36,105 nt of DNA from a virus (Duplodnaviria > Caudoviricetes), in IMG/VR virus record IMGVR_UViG_3300037634_005834, positions 1 to 36,105 of that record; one strand, given 5' to 3'. This document shows positions 28,101 to 35,841 of the stretch, one piece after another (within the stretch, counting starts at the first letter, position 1; the number at the start of each line of letters is the position of its first letter). The position numbers and the translations under genes were made by a program. The notes below the pieces were generated by a model. That model searched no databases, had not been told where the DNA came from, and was given only the letters and a program-made list of their open reading frames with translations.

Positions 28101-31100
28101 GTAGGCTCAAATTCAACATTATAACCAAAATCTGGGAGCGCTAAAACATTAATAGTGCTCCTAAAAAGTCCCTTATCGTACTCTGCCCAGCCTTTTTTAA
28201 AGCTCATGTCGGGCGCCAATTCATTATTAGAATTATATTCAATTGGCAAATGCGCTAGCGAGCCGGCTAGCCACTCTGCAACATGTAGAGGATAAGCACC
28301 CCTTTGGTCCCAAATCTTTCCAATATTCGAGCCACCCTCTGCGACGGCCTCTGTATCTTCTGTATAAAAATCTATATAATCTTTCGACAACCAACCAGCC
28401 GCTGATTTTCTATGGTGGGTAGTGAGAGGAGATGCCATCGTATCCGCAAGGATCATGTTCACCATACCCCAATTTCTCATGAAGGGTCCGTTTCCTATCA
28501 TGTCAGTTGAAAAAGCTGTTTTAAGTGCCTCTAGCTGGCTATTTAAAACAGACGTGGTTGCTTCAACTGACGGTTCGGGCTCGAAAGGAAGAATTCCATT
28601 GTCGCAGCCGGGGTCGGAGACCAACGGAGGCATATTACACGCTACGTGTTTATCAAAATTTTGGAAAGGCTTAACAAGCTCCTCTAAACTATTTCGCGTT
28701 TGGCGCTGAACGTCATCACAAGATTTCTGAATTTGCTCAGGTGTGGCTCGACCTTCGAGCAACTGTGCTCGTAAATTACAAAATTCTTCAATCTGTTCGG
28801 GCGTAGCACACAACGATGGGTTTGCCGGCATCATATTATATTCGGGGGTGGCGTCGACTAATTTCTTGATGTTGTCACGAAATTCCAGGGGCATCAATCT
28901 ACCTATATTCTTAAACATGGCAGTCACGCCCTCCGCACTGTGAAGTCCGGAAAATTGAGGAAACTCATACGATAAATAAACGGCAGCGGCCGTGGAGCCT
29001 TCCGGGGATTCGCCACCGCTTACCATTTTGTTCATTTCTTCACCCGTCATAACACTCGAAATGCCCTCGACCATGGATCGCACAACTTCGGAATCTGCCA
29101 AGCCGGCGCCGGCATCGCCCATTAAAGCAACCATATCTACTATAGTCTGATCTACGGTTTCGTCATCTGCATCAGGTCCGCAAATAGATTCCTTGATCAA
29201 GCCTCGCAAGCTTTCTCGGCCGCCGGAAGCCGCCGATTTTGCTAAGTCCCCCGTCACCTCAAGCGCCTTACAAATGGCATTTCCAAGCAATTCACATAGT
29301 TTCATCATCAAGGCTGCCACTATTGCCACTAACGCTTCTTTAATAACCTGTTTTGCTACTTGAAAAAGAGTGGACATAATATCCTGCCAATCCAATAATC
29401 TCTTAAAAGGGTTCATAAAAACAACTTCTGGCCACACAAATTCTCTACCGCATATCCACGGAAACTCAAAATCTTTAATAATGTCTGTAAAACTTGGCGA
29501 CATAAAGGGAGATCGAGGGCATGCTGTGGTTGCGATAATACTCGCAATCAAGGGGGCACCTGGCAGAGTATTTAATTGATCGACCAATTCTAACTCTCTA
29601 CCTTTAAACATTTCCAATACTGCTTGTGCATATGCTTCCAACACAACACTTTCATCTAATTGTCCCGTGTCGCCAGCAAAAAATTCAGTCCAACTATCAC
29701 CACCATCATACGAAGGGGCTAACGTTCTTCGCGATGTTTCCAGATAACTTTCAAAGTCGGACTCCTCCATTCCCCCATAGCCCGAATAATCATATGTAGG
29801 AGACTGCCAGTTATCTGTTGTGAGTTGCGCAGCACGGAAAGATCGAAAACCTTGCCAGCCGGTGCCGGCGTTAACCTGAGTTGGTCCTGCGGCCTGGGCG
29901 TCTAGTGCTTCATCGTATTTTGCTTTCCGGCGAGAAGACGTTGGGTTGCTTATATACTTGTCATAAGTTTCTGTAACGGCCGCATCAAGTTCGGCTTGTG
30001 TTGACATTCTTGTGACGCTGGGATTATAATTTCCAACTATGTCATCGGTTGCCTGGGCCATGGCGGCGCTGCTGTCTTCGAATACGTTTCCGCTTTCAAG
30101 ATTCTCTTTAACCAAGGCGTCCAAAGCTGCGCGATCTTCTTCGGATAAACCAACAAAAAATTTGTCAAAACTATCCAGAGACATTCCCTCAAAAGTTGCT
30201 TTCAAAATACCCGCTATAGCCTCTTCAAATGATAAGCCGCCGGTGAGACATTGAATTACTTGGGCGAGCATATCTAAAAGTCCACACGCCTTTAATCTAT
30301 CAAAAAGGTTACCCAAAGTATTTGAATAGTCTTCCATGCCAATCGCAGTTGCTGTCTTAGAGCCGGCCTGTTCGCCTAGCCATATGCACAAATAATCAAA
30401 CAACATTGGATTTGATTGCACATATTGAAATGCCTGAACTTTTGCCATTCCCGCAACGGTGGTGGCGTGGTATTCTTCTCCAACCCCGTATTCGTGCTGG
30501 ATACGTTCGCCCATGGGTTCGCTCGATGTGCGTTCGCCCCCCAAGGCATAAGTATCGTCTTTGTTGAACACCCCAGGAAGAAGCCCCATTCGAATTTTTA
30601 CTTGTCTTACATCATCGGCACTCGTAGAACACAATGTTTCATGAAATCTGTATGCAATGGCATCGCCCAATCCAAAAGCAAGATTCAAAATATCCTCACC
30701 AATTTGTTTGCCTTCGGCAGCTAACGCCTCAGCAATACACGCGGAAACACTAGTGTCTTCATATAATTCTTCTGGATACGTGGATACATAAACTTCTGGA
30801 TAAGTGTACTTGACAAGAAACTCTGTCCACTCCATCGGAACTCTGGCGATGAGATCATTTTCCATGCCGACAAGATTGGAAAGATAAGCCATGGCAGTTA
30901 CATCATTAAAGGCGGCCCACCTTTCAGCCAATTCGGGACCACCGACGACAATAGGATCTTGTGGACACGCAACTGTATAAATTGTTACCTTTTTAATTTT
31001 ATAGTCATAGGTGAATAGAAAAGTTATCTTTGAAACTCTTTCTTTCGTATTGGCCCAGGCACGACTCGCATCCAAATAATAACCTTTATCTTTTATATGT

Positions 31101-31966
31101 CCCTTTAGGTGTAGCCACACCCTTCCCATAACAGAATCATTATCAGACCAACCGCGATCTCCATACGCTTCCAAATTAAATATTTTAGCTTTTCCAAAAT
31201 CTTCTGGATTTAAATAAAGTATATTAGACTGCTCGATTGATCTAAAAACATCTAAATAACGACTGAATAGATCCAACCCTTTTCTAATACGAATGAGTTT
31301 AATTTCTAAATCTGCGGCGCTGTAAGAAGCCTCAATGTCCGATTCGTCTATTTCCTCTTCTTCCTCTACTTCTGATGCATCGGGTATGCCTTGCAATACC
31401 TCATACGCAACCGAATATAAAAGCTTAAGGCGTGACTTGGGGCGGGGGGCCAACTCCCAATCAGTATATTCCAAATATCTCTTTATTATATTTCGAGAAC
31501 TCTGGGAGGTGTCTTTGTTGTAAGCCTCCAAGAGCGCCAATATTATCTCATCGGCAAATTTATCGAATATCTCGCGGGAAATTCCACCAGTTGTAACATC
31601 CGTGGCGGCGCCTGAAGAACCAGTGCCGATGCCTCCGGCGCCTAGGTCGCAGCCAGAAGTTGCGCCGGATTCAGTTGAGGGGGGCTCTGTTGTTTCAGAT
31701 TCGGGACCAATATCGGCGCCGGGGGGTGGCCTCTCATCGGGGTTCGTTGTGGTATACCAAGTTCCTTTCGTAATTTGATATTTACAAATTTTTTCATTTA
31801 AATAGGGTTCCCACTTTCTTCTGGTTTGCCAAATTGGAACGATGGCGCATGCGTTAGGGATACATCCGGGACAAAATTCTTCATTTACATCCGGGAACTC
31901 TCCGCAAACGTCAATTAGTCCATCGCCATTCGCGTCTTGATATTGTAGAAATTTTGAATCAGCCAT
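25112..31966 (-). CDS. Giant acidic hypothetical protein (2284 aa), probably virion-associated
   Basis: Uninterrupted ORF between the spike-like and gp25-like genes. It has an N-terminal DANGDGLID loop, a Cys cluster and SD AAAGGT. No family recognised. Confidence 0.65.
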   Translation of the reverse strand: MADSKFLQYQDANGDGLIDVCGEFPDVNEEFCPGCIPNACAIVPIWQTRRKWEPYLNEKICKYQITKGTWYTTTNPDERPPPGADIGPESETTEPPSTESGATSGCDLGAGGIGTGSSGAATDVTTGGISREIFDKFADEIILALLEAYNKDTSQSSRNIIKRYLEYTDWELAPRPKSRLKLLYSVAYEVLQGIPDASEVEEEEEIDESDIEASYSAADLEIKLIRIRKGLDLFSRYLDVFRSIEQSNILYLNPEDFGKAKIFNLEAYGDRGWSDNDSVMGRVWLHLKGHIKDKGYYLDASRAWANTKERVSKITFLFTYDYKIKKVTIYTVACPQDPIVVGGPELAERWAAFNDVTAMAYLSNLVGMENDLIARVPMEWTEFLVKYTYPEVYVSTYPEELYEDTSVSACIAEALAAEGKQIGEDILNLAFGLGDAIAYRFHETLCSTSADDVRQVKIRMGLLPGVFNKDDTYALGGERTSSEPMGERIQHEYGVGEEYHATTVAGMAKVQAFQYVQSNPMLFDYLCIWLGEQAGSKTATAIGMEDYSNTLGNLFDRLKACGLLDMLAQVIQCLTGGLSFEEAIAGILKATFEGMSLDSFDKFFVGLSEEDRAALDALVKENLESGNVFEDSSAAMAQATDDIVGNYNPSVTRMSTQAELDAAVTETYDKYISNPTSSRRKAKYDEALDAQAAGPTQVNAGTGWQGFRSFRAAQLTTDNWQSPTYDYSGYGGMEESDFESYLETSRRTLAPSYDGGDSWTEFFAGDTGQLDESVVLEAYAQAVLEMFKGRELELVDQLNTLPGAPLIASIIATTACPRSPFMSPSFTDIIKDFEFPWICGREFVWPEVVFMNPFKRLLDWQDIMSTLFQVAKQVIKEALVAIVAALMMKLCELLGNAICKALEVTGDLAKSAASGGRESLRGLIKESICGPDADDETVDQTIVDMVALMGDAGAGLADSEVVRSMVEGISSVMTGEEMNKMVSGGESPEGSTAAAVYLSYEFPQFSGLHSAEGVTAMFKNIGRLMPLEFRDNIKKLVDATPEYNMMPANPSLCATPEQIEEFCNLRAQLLEGRATPEQIQKSCDDVQRQTRNSLEELVKPFQNFDKHVACNMPPLVSDPGCDNGILPFEPEPSVEATTSVLNSQLEALKTAFSTDMIGNGPFMRNWGMVNMILADTMASPLTTHHRKSAAGWLSKDYIDFYTEDTEAVAEGGSNIGKIWDQRGAYPLHVAEWLAGSLAHLPIEYNSNNELAPDMSFKKGWAEYDKGLFRSTINVLALPDFGYNVEFEPTWVTSPEDSYVTFIKKARKKTADLSLLFEDNAKGLKRRGTDLAVLFGDEPPPPLVNVEGDENFSWGFQLEFFNADLVNPRRRGAETPHNVFGDTSRIKIHEFFNQASNTDVTLAALALPEMRNVLSRDPDKEDAIITDMKYEFIGRDDTLELVGSETLNEYPMFMSTFEDALQYSPPVVLLYEMLQQAGAPTGQSEIKDLYDDFMTTMTQTIVNEVATNAPAFDYGADFDSLQWDEVEYVVDTGQTKSPGGTSYGLAEVADEDGGTRPIQNQDQILGISKMEWLIKNGDKEGENRIYYLDPITYGGNYMSPPLYIKPLMHKGWLGFVDVLFPELSPCKPQKSDLVDFEQIQAKMSEVYPSIPQDPRLLQHPDCVQEWPYARILDRSAVAGLQGLIMATIRIYASTHFIKSMATFTKFYPKFPEVFSSLYASYIVEDMEATLKDAQSRGEALTPFKDEKFWYAFLEQSVQMYSRRLEADDIEAPMHVVGAITRLNDMMEDYQIPTEKMHDEAREEHETRRLFIKKYRGDEVLEEVKATEEDAKLILKELVVEQLNYMGKKFVDNLDVVEMSPDVFDLDYYLLENLAQGGDDLNIDHEIKYTYPNLPSEPAPDEPYYTYGGEFVVYELNNPESEYYVGQAYIGYYHVYVDEDGNLMFMAGEYHSEDPHDVLVPLVNQTSIDIGDVASYGAIPISGDTRLFGVEKYIRIGDRILEPEVATDEILSNENLSQNISDVYPGDMELLQDSEGNVVGVEGELGVRYGLMFSMIINGSKYEITSAEVDALDLPLGEFKTLEANSKLLLCLINNLKEDGKFKLISKYIFPLSKITAVTAIYNDMSFLESIGEVTAMTGATWAKTAAALALVGSVEDKPGRYMAVDVVKEDDKTYVDDVRVWGTPGWASIEDRTINGLHGYRTYDEWDKDLLTKSKRRVKRLFKSYYNSRKWGTFGKGEQPGAAFLAELKERISPSPGMGILPWWRRRKLRSNPFNAEGELCENED

Positions 31967-31978
31967 ATTATTTTACCT

Positions 31979-32974
31979 TTAAGTGGAGTTGACGTTCCTG
32001 CTCCAAACTGCGCGGGGGGCTCTCTCCATCAAGTATATTCCCTCGAATTCAACCATGCCCTGTCTAAGAGTGTAAGCGGGAGAATCAACAAACACCCCCA
32101 TTTGGACACTTGTTGCACTTGTGGCCGCGGATGCCCTGTATACGGCCGCCCCGATGCCGGAGAGTGCGCTCTTTGACAACAATGATGACTGATATAGTAG
32201 TCCCATCAAATGATCTACAAGTGTCGCTAAATCTTGAAACGCGTCTCTGGTGCGATATCCCAAAGCAATTGGCTGTAGATATGTTTCCTCTTTTCCACTA
32301 AGAGATAGCCATTTTCGACGGCCAACATAGTTACCAGCAATCAAATCAATTTGAGGGGCTGGTTCTATATTATTACCCCAACTGTCCGTTTCGCCGCCAG
32401 GGCCAAACCCTTCCACATCGCGCATTCCGCCAGTCACGATTTTCACGCCGCGGCGGCCAATAATTCGCACGTTATCTGCTTTAATCGCCACCGCAGAACG
32501 AGCGGGCTCGAACTTTTCATATTTGTCTTCCCATGGTGTTCTCATGATTGCAAAGTTTGTATCCACTTTTGTTGATCTGCTTATATAAATTCTTGCAGCG
32601 TCGGCGCCAAAACTATTACCAGCAATCATTCCATCGCACGGTCCTTTACCACCATGCGCAGATGCCAGGCGTCCAACCACCAAATCAATAGTATCAGAAA
32701 CACCGCCTTGTCCACCTTCGCCGCTGGCTTCAGTCGAAGGGCGATCTTGACCAAAAACAATATAGGCGTTAGAGTGGGAAATTATTTTTTCATTTGGGGC
32801 TGCATTGAAACTTACAAATGGCTGTGGAGGGGTGGTATTCATAACCCCCCTCTCAGCCAAGCGAACAGTTCGGCCGCTATCTAAATCGTCTTGTATGGTG
32901 ACAGGAGCCGTGGAGTCACCGGTCGCACAATCTACAAAGTTATCTTGATCTGTTATTTTTCTATCTTTCGCCAT
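31979..32974 (-). CDS. Putative central baseplate spike (gp5 C-terminal/gpV-like beta-rich part)
   Basis: 331 aa. A series of short beta-strand-like segments (AYIVFGQDR, IDLVVGR, ARIYISRS, AVAIKADNVRIIGRRGVKIVT, IDLIAG) is followed by QPIALG and an amphipathic helix. Its position upstream of the wedge genes fits a spike. SD GAGG. Confidence 0.5.
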   Translation of the reverse strand: MAKDRKITDQDNFVDCATGDSTAPVTIQDDLDSGRTVRLAERGVMNTTPPQPFVSFNAAPNEKIISHSNAYIVFGQDRPSTEASGEGGQGGVSDTIDLVVGRLASAHGGKGPCDGMIAGNSFGADAARIYISRSTKVDTNFAIMRTPWEDKYEKFEPARSAVAIKADNVRIIGRRGVKIVTGGMRDVEGFGPGGETDSWGNNIEPAPQIDLIAGNYVGRRKWLSLSGKEETYLQPIALGYRTRDAFQDLATLVDHLMGLLYQSSLLSKSALSGIGAAVYRASAATSATSVQMGVFVDSPAYTLRQGMVEFEGIYLMERAPRAVWSRNVNST

Positions 32975-32984
32975 TATTTATTCC

Positions 32985-34232
32985 TCACTGTTTGCATGGT
33001 ATTGCGTTACCCATATCTATATAATACGCGCTGGCGGGATGCCCGTTGCCGTCTCCGGTATCGAGACCTTTTCTCAAGTTCGCAGCGTGGCGGCCGCCCA
33101 CCAAATGAGAAGCGGCCATCATCCCTGCAACGTCCTGAGCGTTATTCATGTCAGTGCCGCGGGCTTTCTGTTTCTGGGGATTCCCGACATATGTGGCTAA
33201 TGCATCATTCTGGATATCTTTGCTGCCGAGGAATTCCTCTAAATTGTCGCCGTACTTGCCAGTCCAGCTATCTGAATCTTTATACAGGTCATCAACCTGC
33301 TTCTGGCGCGCCTTACACGTCGTCTCTGACGTAAAGCCGCTGTATGTACCATCGTCTTTGAGTTTGCAAGTAAACTGTGTGTCATTGCCCTTCATGTGTT
33401 TGGCGACTGCTGCTTTAGTGATAATCCCCACACCTACCGCGCTTTCGACCGAAAATTGATACCGCCCCAGCATGCCCGCTGGGCTAGCAAGTGTGCCGCG
33501 GGATTCGAGGGCCTTTTGGTCGGCATCCCACGGATTTTCATGCTTGCCCAATTCTTCTATATAAGCAGCCCAGCCATCGGGACCAAAATAATCTTTTACA
33601 TTTTTGGCGCTAGCGTTTGCTGGTGCGCAGTCGCCCGTATGCTGAATCTGAGAAAAGTTAATGGGAACACCGGTCTGGTTTGGCTCATATTTGCCACCAA
33701 TGGGTGGTGCATTATCCCAAATGTCCTTTATAGAGGTACAATCCATGACTTCATCTTCCGTAGAGCGCCTGAACCCTCTTTTTTTGTGAAGAGATATCGC
33801 CCACCCCCGTTCTAAATTAAAAGGCTGATCTCCGGGCCCGGGCTCTAAATAAACGTTCACCTTGTCGTCTCTTTCAATGTTCCCCTTAGCGCTCTGATCA
33901 AAAAAATCTTCTGTTAATATAAATTCAGTGTGTTGGACAATCAAATTCGACACATACAGCGGATTTGCTGTTGTTGATAGGCTGCACGGATCTGTTAAAA
34001 GCAAATGGGGAGAATTGGGACCAATAACTCTTCCTCTAAATGCCACACGGGCCCAACGAAGGGCGCCGGAGGAATCATCGTCGCTGGTACCAACTTCGAA
34101 AGCAGACGCCTCTTTTTTTGTCAAAATGTAACCAGAAGTTAAAGCCACCACTACAAACTGATTAGTTTTTTGATATTTGTCTAAAAACGTCTTTTTTAGC
34201 CAACGTCGTTCTCTGGCGGCTGCTATCGTCAT
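32985..34232 (-). CDS. Shared N-terminal (putative gp5 OB-like) domain fused to a lysozyme/lytic-transglycosylase-like domain
   Basis: The likely start is ATG 34232 (GGAG 9 nt upstream) rather than TTG 34247. C-terminal motifs ELGKHEN (putative catalytic Glu at 33537-33539), LGRYQF, WTGKYG...FL.S..IQ and GMMAASHLVG...DGNG are lysozyme-superfamily-like. Confidence 0.75.
   Translation of the reverse strand: MTIAAARERRWLKKTFLDKYQKTNQFVVVALTSGYILTKKEASAFEVGTSDDDSSGALRWARVAFRGRVIGPNSPHLLLTDPCSLSTTANPLYVSNLIVQHTEFILTEDFFDQSAKGNIERDDKVNVYLEPGPGDQPFNLERGWAISLHKKRGFRRSTEDEVMDCTSIKDIWDNAPPIGGKYEPNQTGVPINFSQIQHTGDCAPANASAKNVKDYFGPDGWAAYIEELGKHENPWDADQKALESRGTLASPAGMLGRYQFSVESAVGVGIITKAAVAKHMKGNDTQFTCKLKDDGTYSGFTSETTCKARQKQVDDLYKDSDSWTGKYGDNLEEFLGSKDIQNDALATYVGNPQKQKARGTDMNNAQDVAGMMAASHLVGGRHAANLRKGLDTGDGNGHPASAYYIDMGNAIPCKQ
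33708..34175. repeat. Diverged direct repeat, copy 2 (N-terminal domain of the lysozyme-like paralog)
   Basis: Encodes YQKTNQF...IKDIWDNA. Clear DNA similarity to 35022-35489, e.g. shared aaataaacgttcac, ctttcaatgtt and tcaaaaaaatcttctg. Confidence 0.9.
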
Positions 34233-34300
34233 TATATAATTCTCCAAATAATTAAGAATTCTTTAAATAATGTCACATTTATATTTCTTCTTTTTGGCAT
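34232..34300 (-). CDS. Possible 22-aa micro-ORF MPKRRNINVTLFKEFLIIWRII
   Basis: Starts 4 nt after the upstream stop and ends in a TAATG overlap with ATG 34232, filling the gap between the paralogs. It could be a chance ORF. Confidence 0.25.
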   Translation of the reverse strand: MPKRRNINVTLFKEFLIIWRII

Positions 34301-34304
34301 TTTT

Positions 34305-35558
34305 TTAGAAACCTTCTTGTTCCGCTAGCCATTCCGCATAATCTGATGCGGGGCCCGAAGGTACATGGATGCCGTCACACCCGTTGCACTCATAACCGGA
34401 ATTTCCTTCATAACCTCCACCTTCGAAGAAATCATAAGGATCATAAAATGTCCAGCCGGCGGCTTCTACAGCTTGTCTTAGCGTGTCGTTATATCCGGAG
34501 CCGGCGCTATATGCATTTTGATACGCGCCGGGCTGAATGGAGGCGCCGCCTTCATCGACCGCATCCGGATTAGTATAATCGAAGCCCGTCCCTCCATATA
34601 TGGGTGGCGATTTCCCTGACCAGATAACTTCGGCATTGGGGGACTCTTCTTGTATTAATGCAATGAGAGCTTCGTGCCCCCAAGGCCCGTTATCTCCAAG
34701 AGAAATTATAATTTTTGTTGGGTTTTTGTCTAATTCTGCGCGGAGTTGGTCGGCGCCGTTGCAACGTTCTGACGTATCTGATTCAATAAAGCCAGATTGA
34801 CCGCCATCTGTCCAAAATCCCGGGTTCGTGGATGATTTTGCGAGTCGGTTTCCGGGACCACCCACTTTCATCAACGCGGTGCCCAAGGCGCCTACCATTT
34901 GACTATCGCCCACGTAAAGAATATTGGGATTATTCTTCGATGTTTCAGATCTACCTAACTTACATCCGCCACCGGAGGAACCAACAGTTGGGATGGGAGT
35001 CGCTTGAGGATCAAAATCAATAGCATTATCCCAAATATCCCTTATAGACACACAATCAATGATTTTTTGGGATTCGCGACGGAACCTTCTTTTTTGATTG
35101 AGTGACAGCCCCCAGCCGCGCTCTAGATTGTAAGGCTGATCGCCAGGGCCGGGCTCCAAATAAACGTTCACTCTGTCGTTTCTTTCAATGTTTGCTTTAG
35201 CGTTTCCCTCAAAAAAATCTTCTGATAGAATAAATTCGGTATGCTGGGCGATTAAATTTGATACATAAGAGACATTCGTTGTTTCTGCCAAATCGCACGG
35301 ATCTTCTAAAAATGAATGCGGCGAACGGCGACCGAGGATGCGGCCCCTAAAAGACACACGGCTCCACTTAAGGGCCGGCGAACTAGAATCATCAGCATCA
35401 GTGCCACGTTCAAACGAGCTAGCTTCCTCTTTTGTCAAAACATAACCAGAAGTCAAAGCAACTGCCACAAACTGGTTGGTTTTTTGATAGGAGTCCGGAT
35501 AAACCTCGTCATCCATATTCCACATTTCTAGTGCCTCTCTCCATCCCACGTTACGCAT
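34305..35558 (-). CDS. Shared N-terminal (putative gp5 OB-like) domain fused to an SGNH/GDSL-family esterase domain
   Basis: 417 aa. SGNH block I ILYVGDSQ (about 34899-34922), block III IIISLGDN and block V DGIH (about 34365-34376), preceded by the Pro/Gly linker PQATPIPTVGSSGGG. Confidence 0.85.
   Translation of the reverse strand: MRNVGWREALEMWNMDDEVYPDSYQKTNQFVAVALTSGYVLTKEEASSFERGTDADDSSSPALKWSRVSFRGRILGRRSPHSFLEDPCDLAETTNVSYVSNLIAQHTEFILSEDFFEGNAKANIERNDRVNVYLEPGPGDQPYNLERGWGLSLNQKRRFRRESQKIIDCVSIRDIWDNAIDFDPQATPIPTVGSSGGGCKLGRSETSKNNPNILYVGDSQMVGALGTALMKVGGPGNRLAKSSTNPGFWTDGGQSGFIESDTSERCNGADQLRAELDKNPTKIIISLGDNGPWGHEALIALIQEESPNAEVIWSGKSPPIYGGTGFDYTNPDAVDEGGASIQPGAYQNAYSAGSGYNDTLRQAVEAAGWTFYDPYDFFEGGGYEGNSGYECNGCDGIHVPSGPASDYAEWLAEQEGF
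35022..35489. repeat. Diverged direct repeat, copy 1 (N-terminal domain of the SGNH paralog)
   Basis: Encodes YQKTNQF...IRDIWDNA; homologous to 33708-34175. Confidence 0.9.
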
Positions 35559-35841
35559 CCCCCTGAATCAAATCGAACAAATCGTTCTTGTCTTCTTCTG
35601 TGAGTCCCACCTGTTGTGTTTGTCCTTTCTGTCGCAGCCCGATCAGCTTCACCAATTGTTCATTAGAACGTTGCATCGTCTCGATATGCTTGGCAGCCAC
35701 GGGGCTTAAATACTTGTTCTGTTCTGAATCCTTTGCAATTTGATTGGCAATCTCATTTAAAAACTCTCTTGCAACTTTTCTATCGTCACGAATATTATCT
35801 AGCGCTTCATCAATCAGAGTTTCTAAATTTTTATTGCTCAT
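35551..35841 (-). CDS. Small helical hypothetical protein (96 aa)
   Basis: The likely start is ATG 35841 (ATGA overlap with the upstream stop) rather than 35859. The sequence has an amphipathic helical pattern. Confidence 0.7.
   Translation of the reverse strand: MSNKNLETLIDEALDNIRDDRKVAREFLNEIANQIAKDSEQNKYLSPVAAKHIETMQRSNEQLVKLIGLRQKGQTQQVGLTEEDKNDLFDLIQGDA

Noticed and set aside
25112-31966. 2284-aa protein as a tape measure protein
   Set aside because: It is strongly acidic with many Pro, Tyr and Cys residues, lacks the regular Ala/Gly-rich periodic helices of tape measure proteins, and has no adjacent tail-chaperone or tube genes. Not fully excluded without structure prediction.
12139-31966. 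Inteins or introns inflating the giant ORFs
   Set aside because: I saw no intein splice-junction motifs, LAGLIDADG or HNH signatures, or frame interruptions by eye.
33708-35489. Repeat pair as a diversity-generating retroelement TR/VR or an invertible cassette
   Set aside because: Differences are not adenine-specific and look largely synonymous or conservative, both copies are coding and in direct orientation, and no reverse transcriptase or recombinase is present in the window.
12139-35558. Bacterial contractile injection system (T6SS, eCIS or tailocin) interpretation
   Set aside because: No T6SS membrane complex, AAA ATPase or host genes are visible. The flanking RuvC-like and sigma-like genes and the T4 gp6-style wedge fit a lytic phage better.
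356-35840. Stop-codon reassignment (none of the 18 gene ends I checked uses TAG)
   Set aside because: Genes of up to 9 kb are intact and tile the window under the standard code with no TAG interruptions. TAG is merely unused, which is unremarkable in AT-rich DNA.
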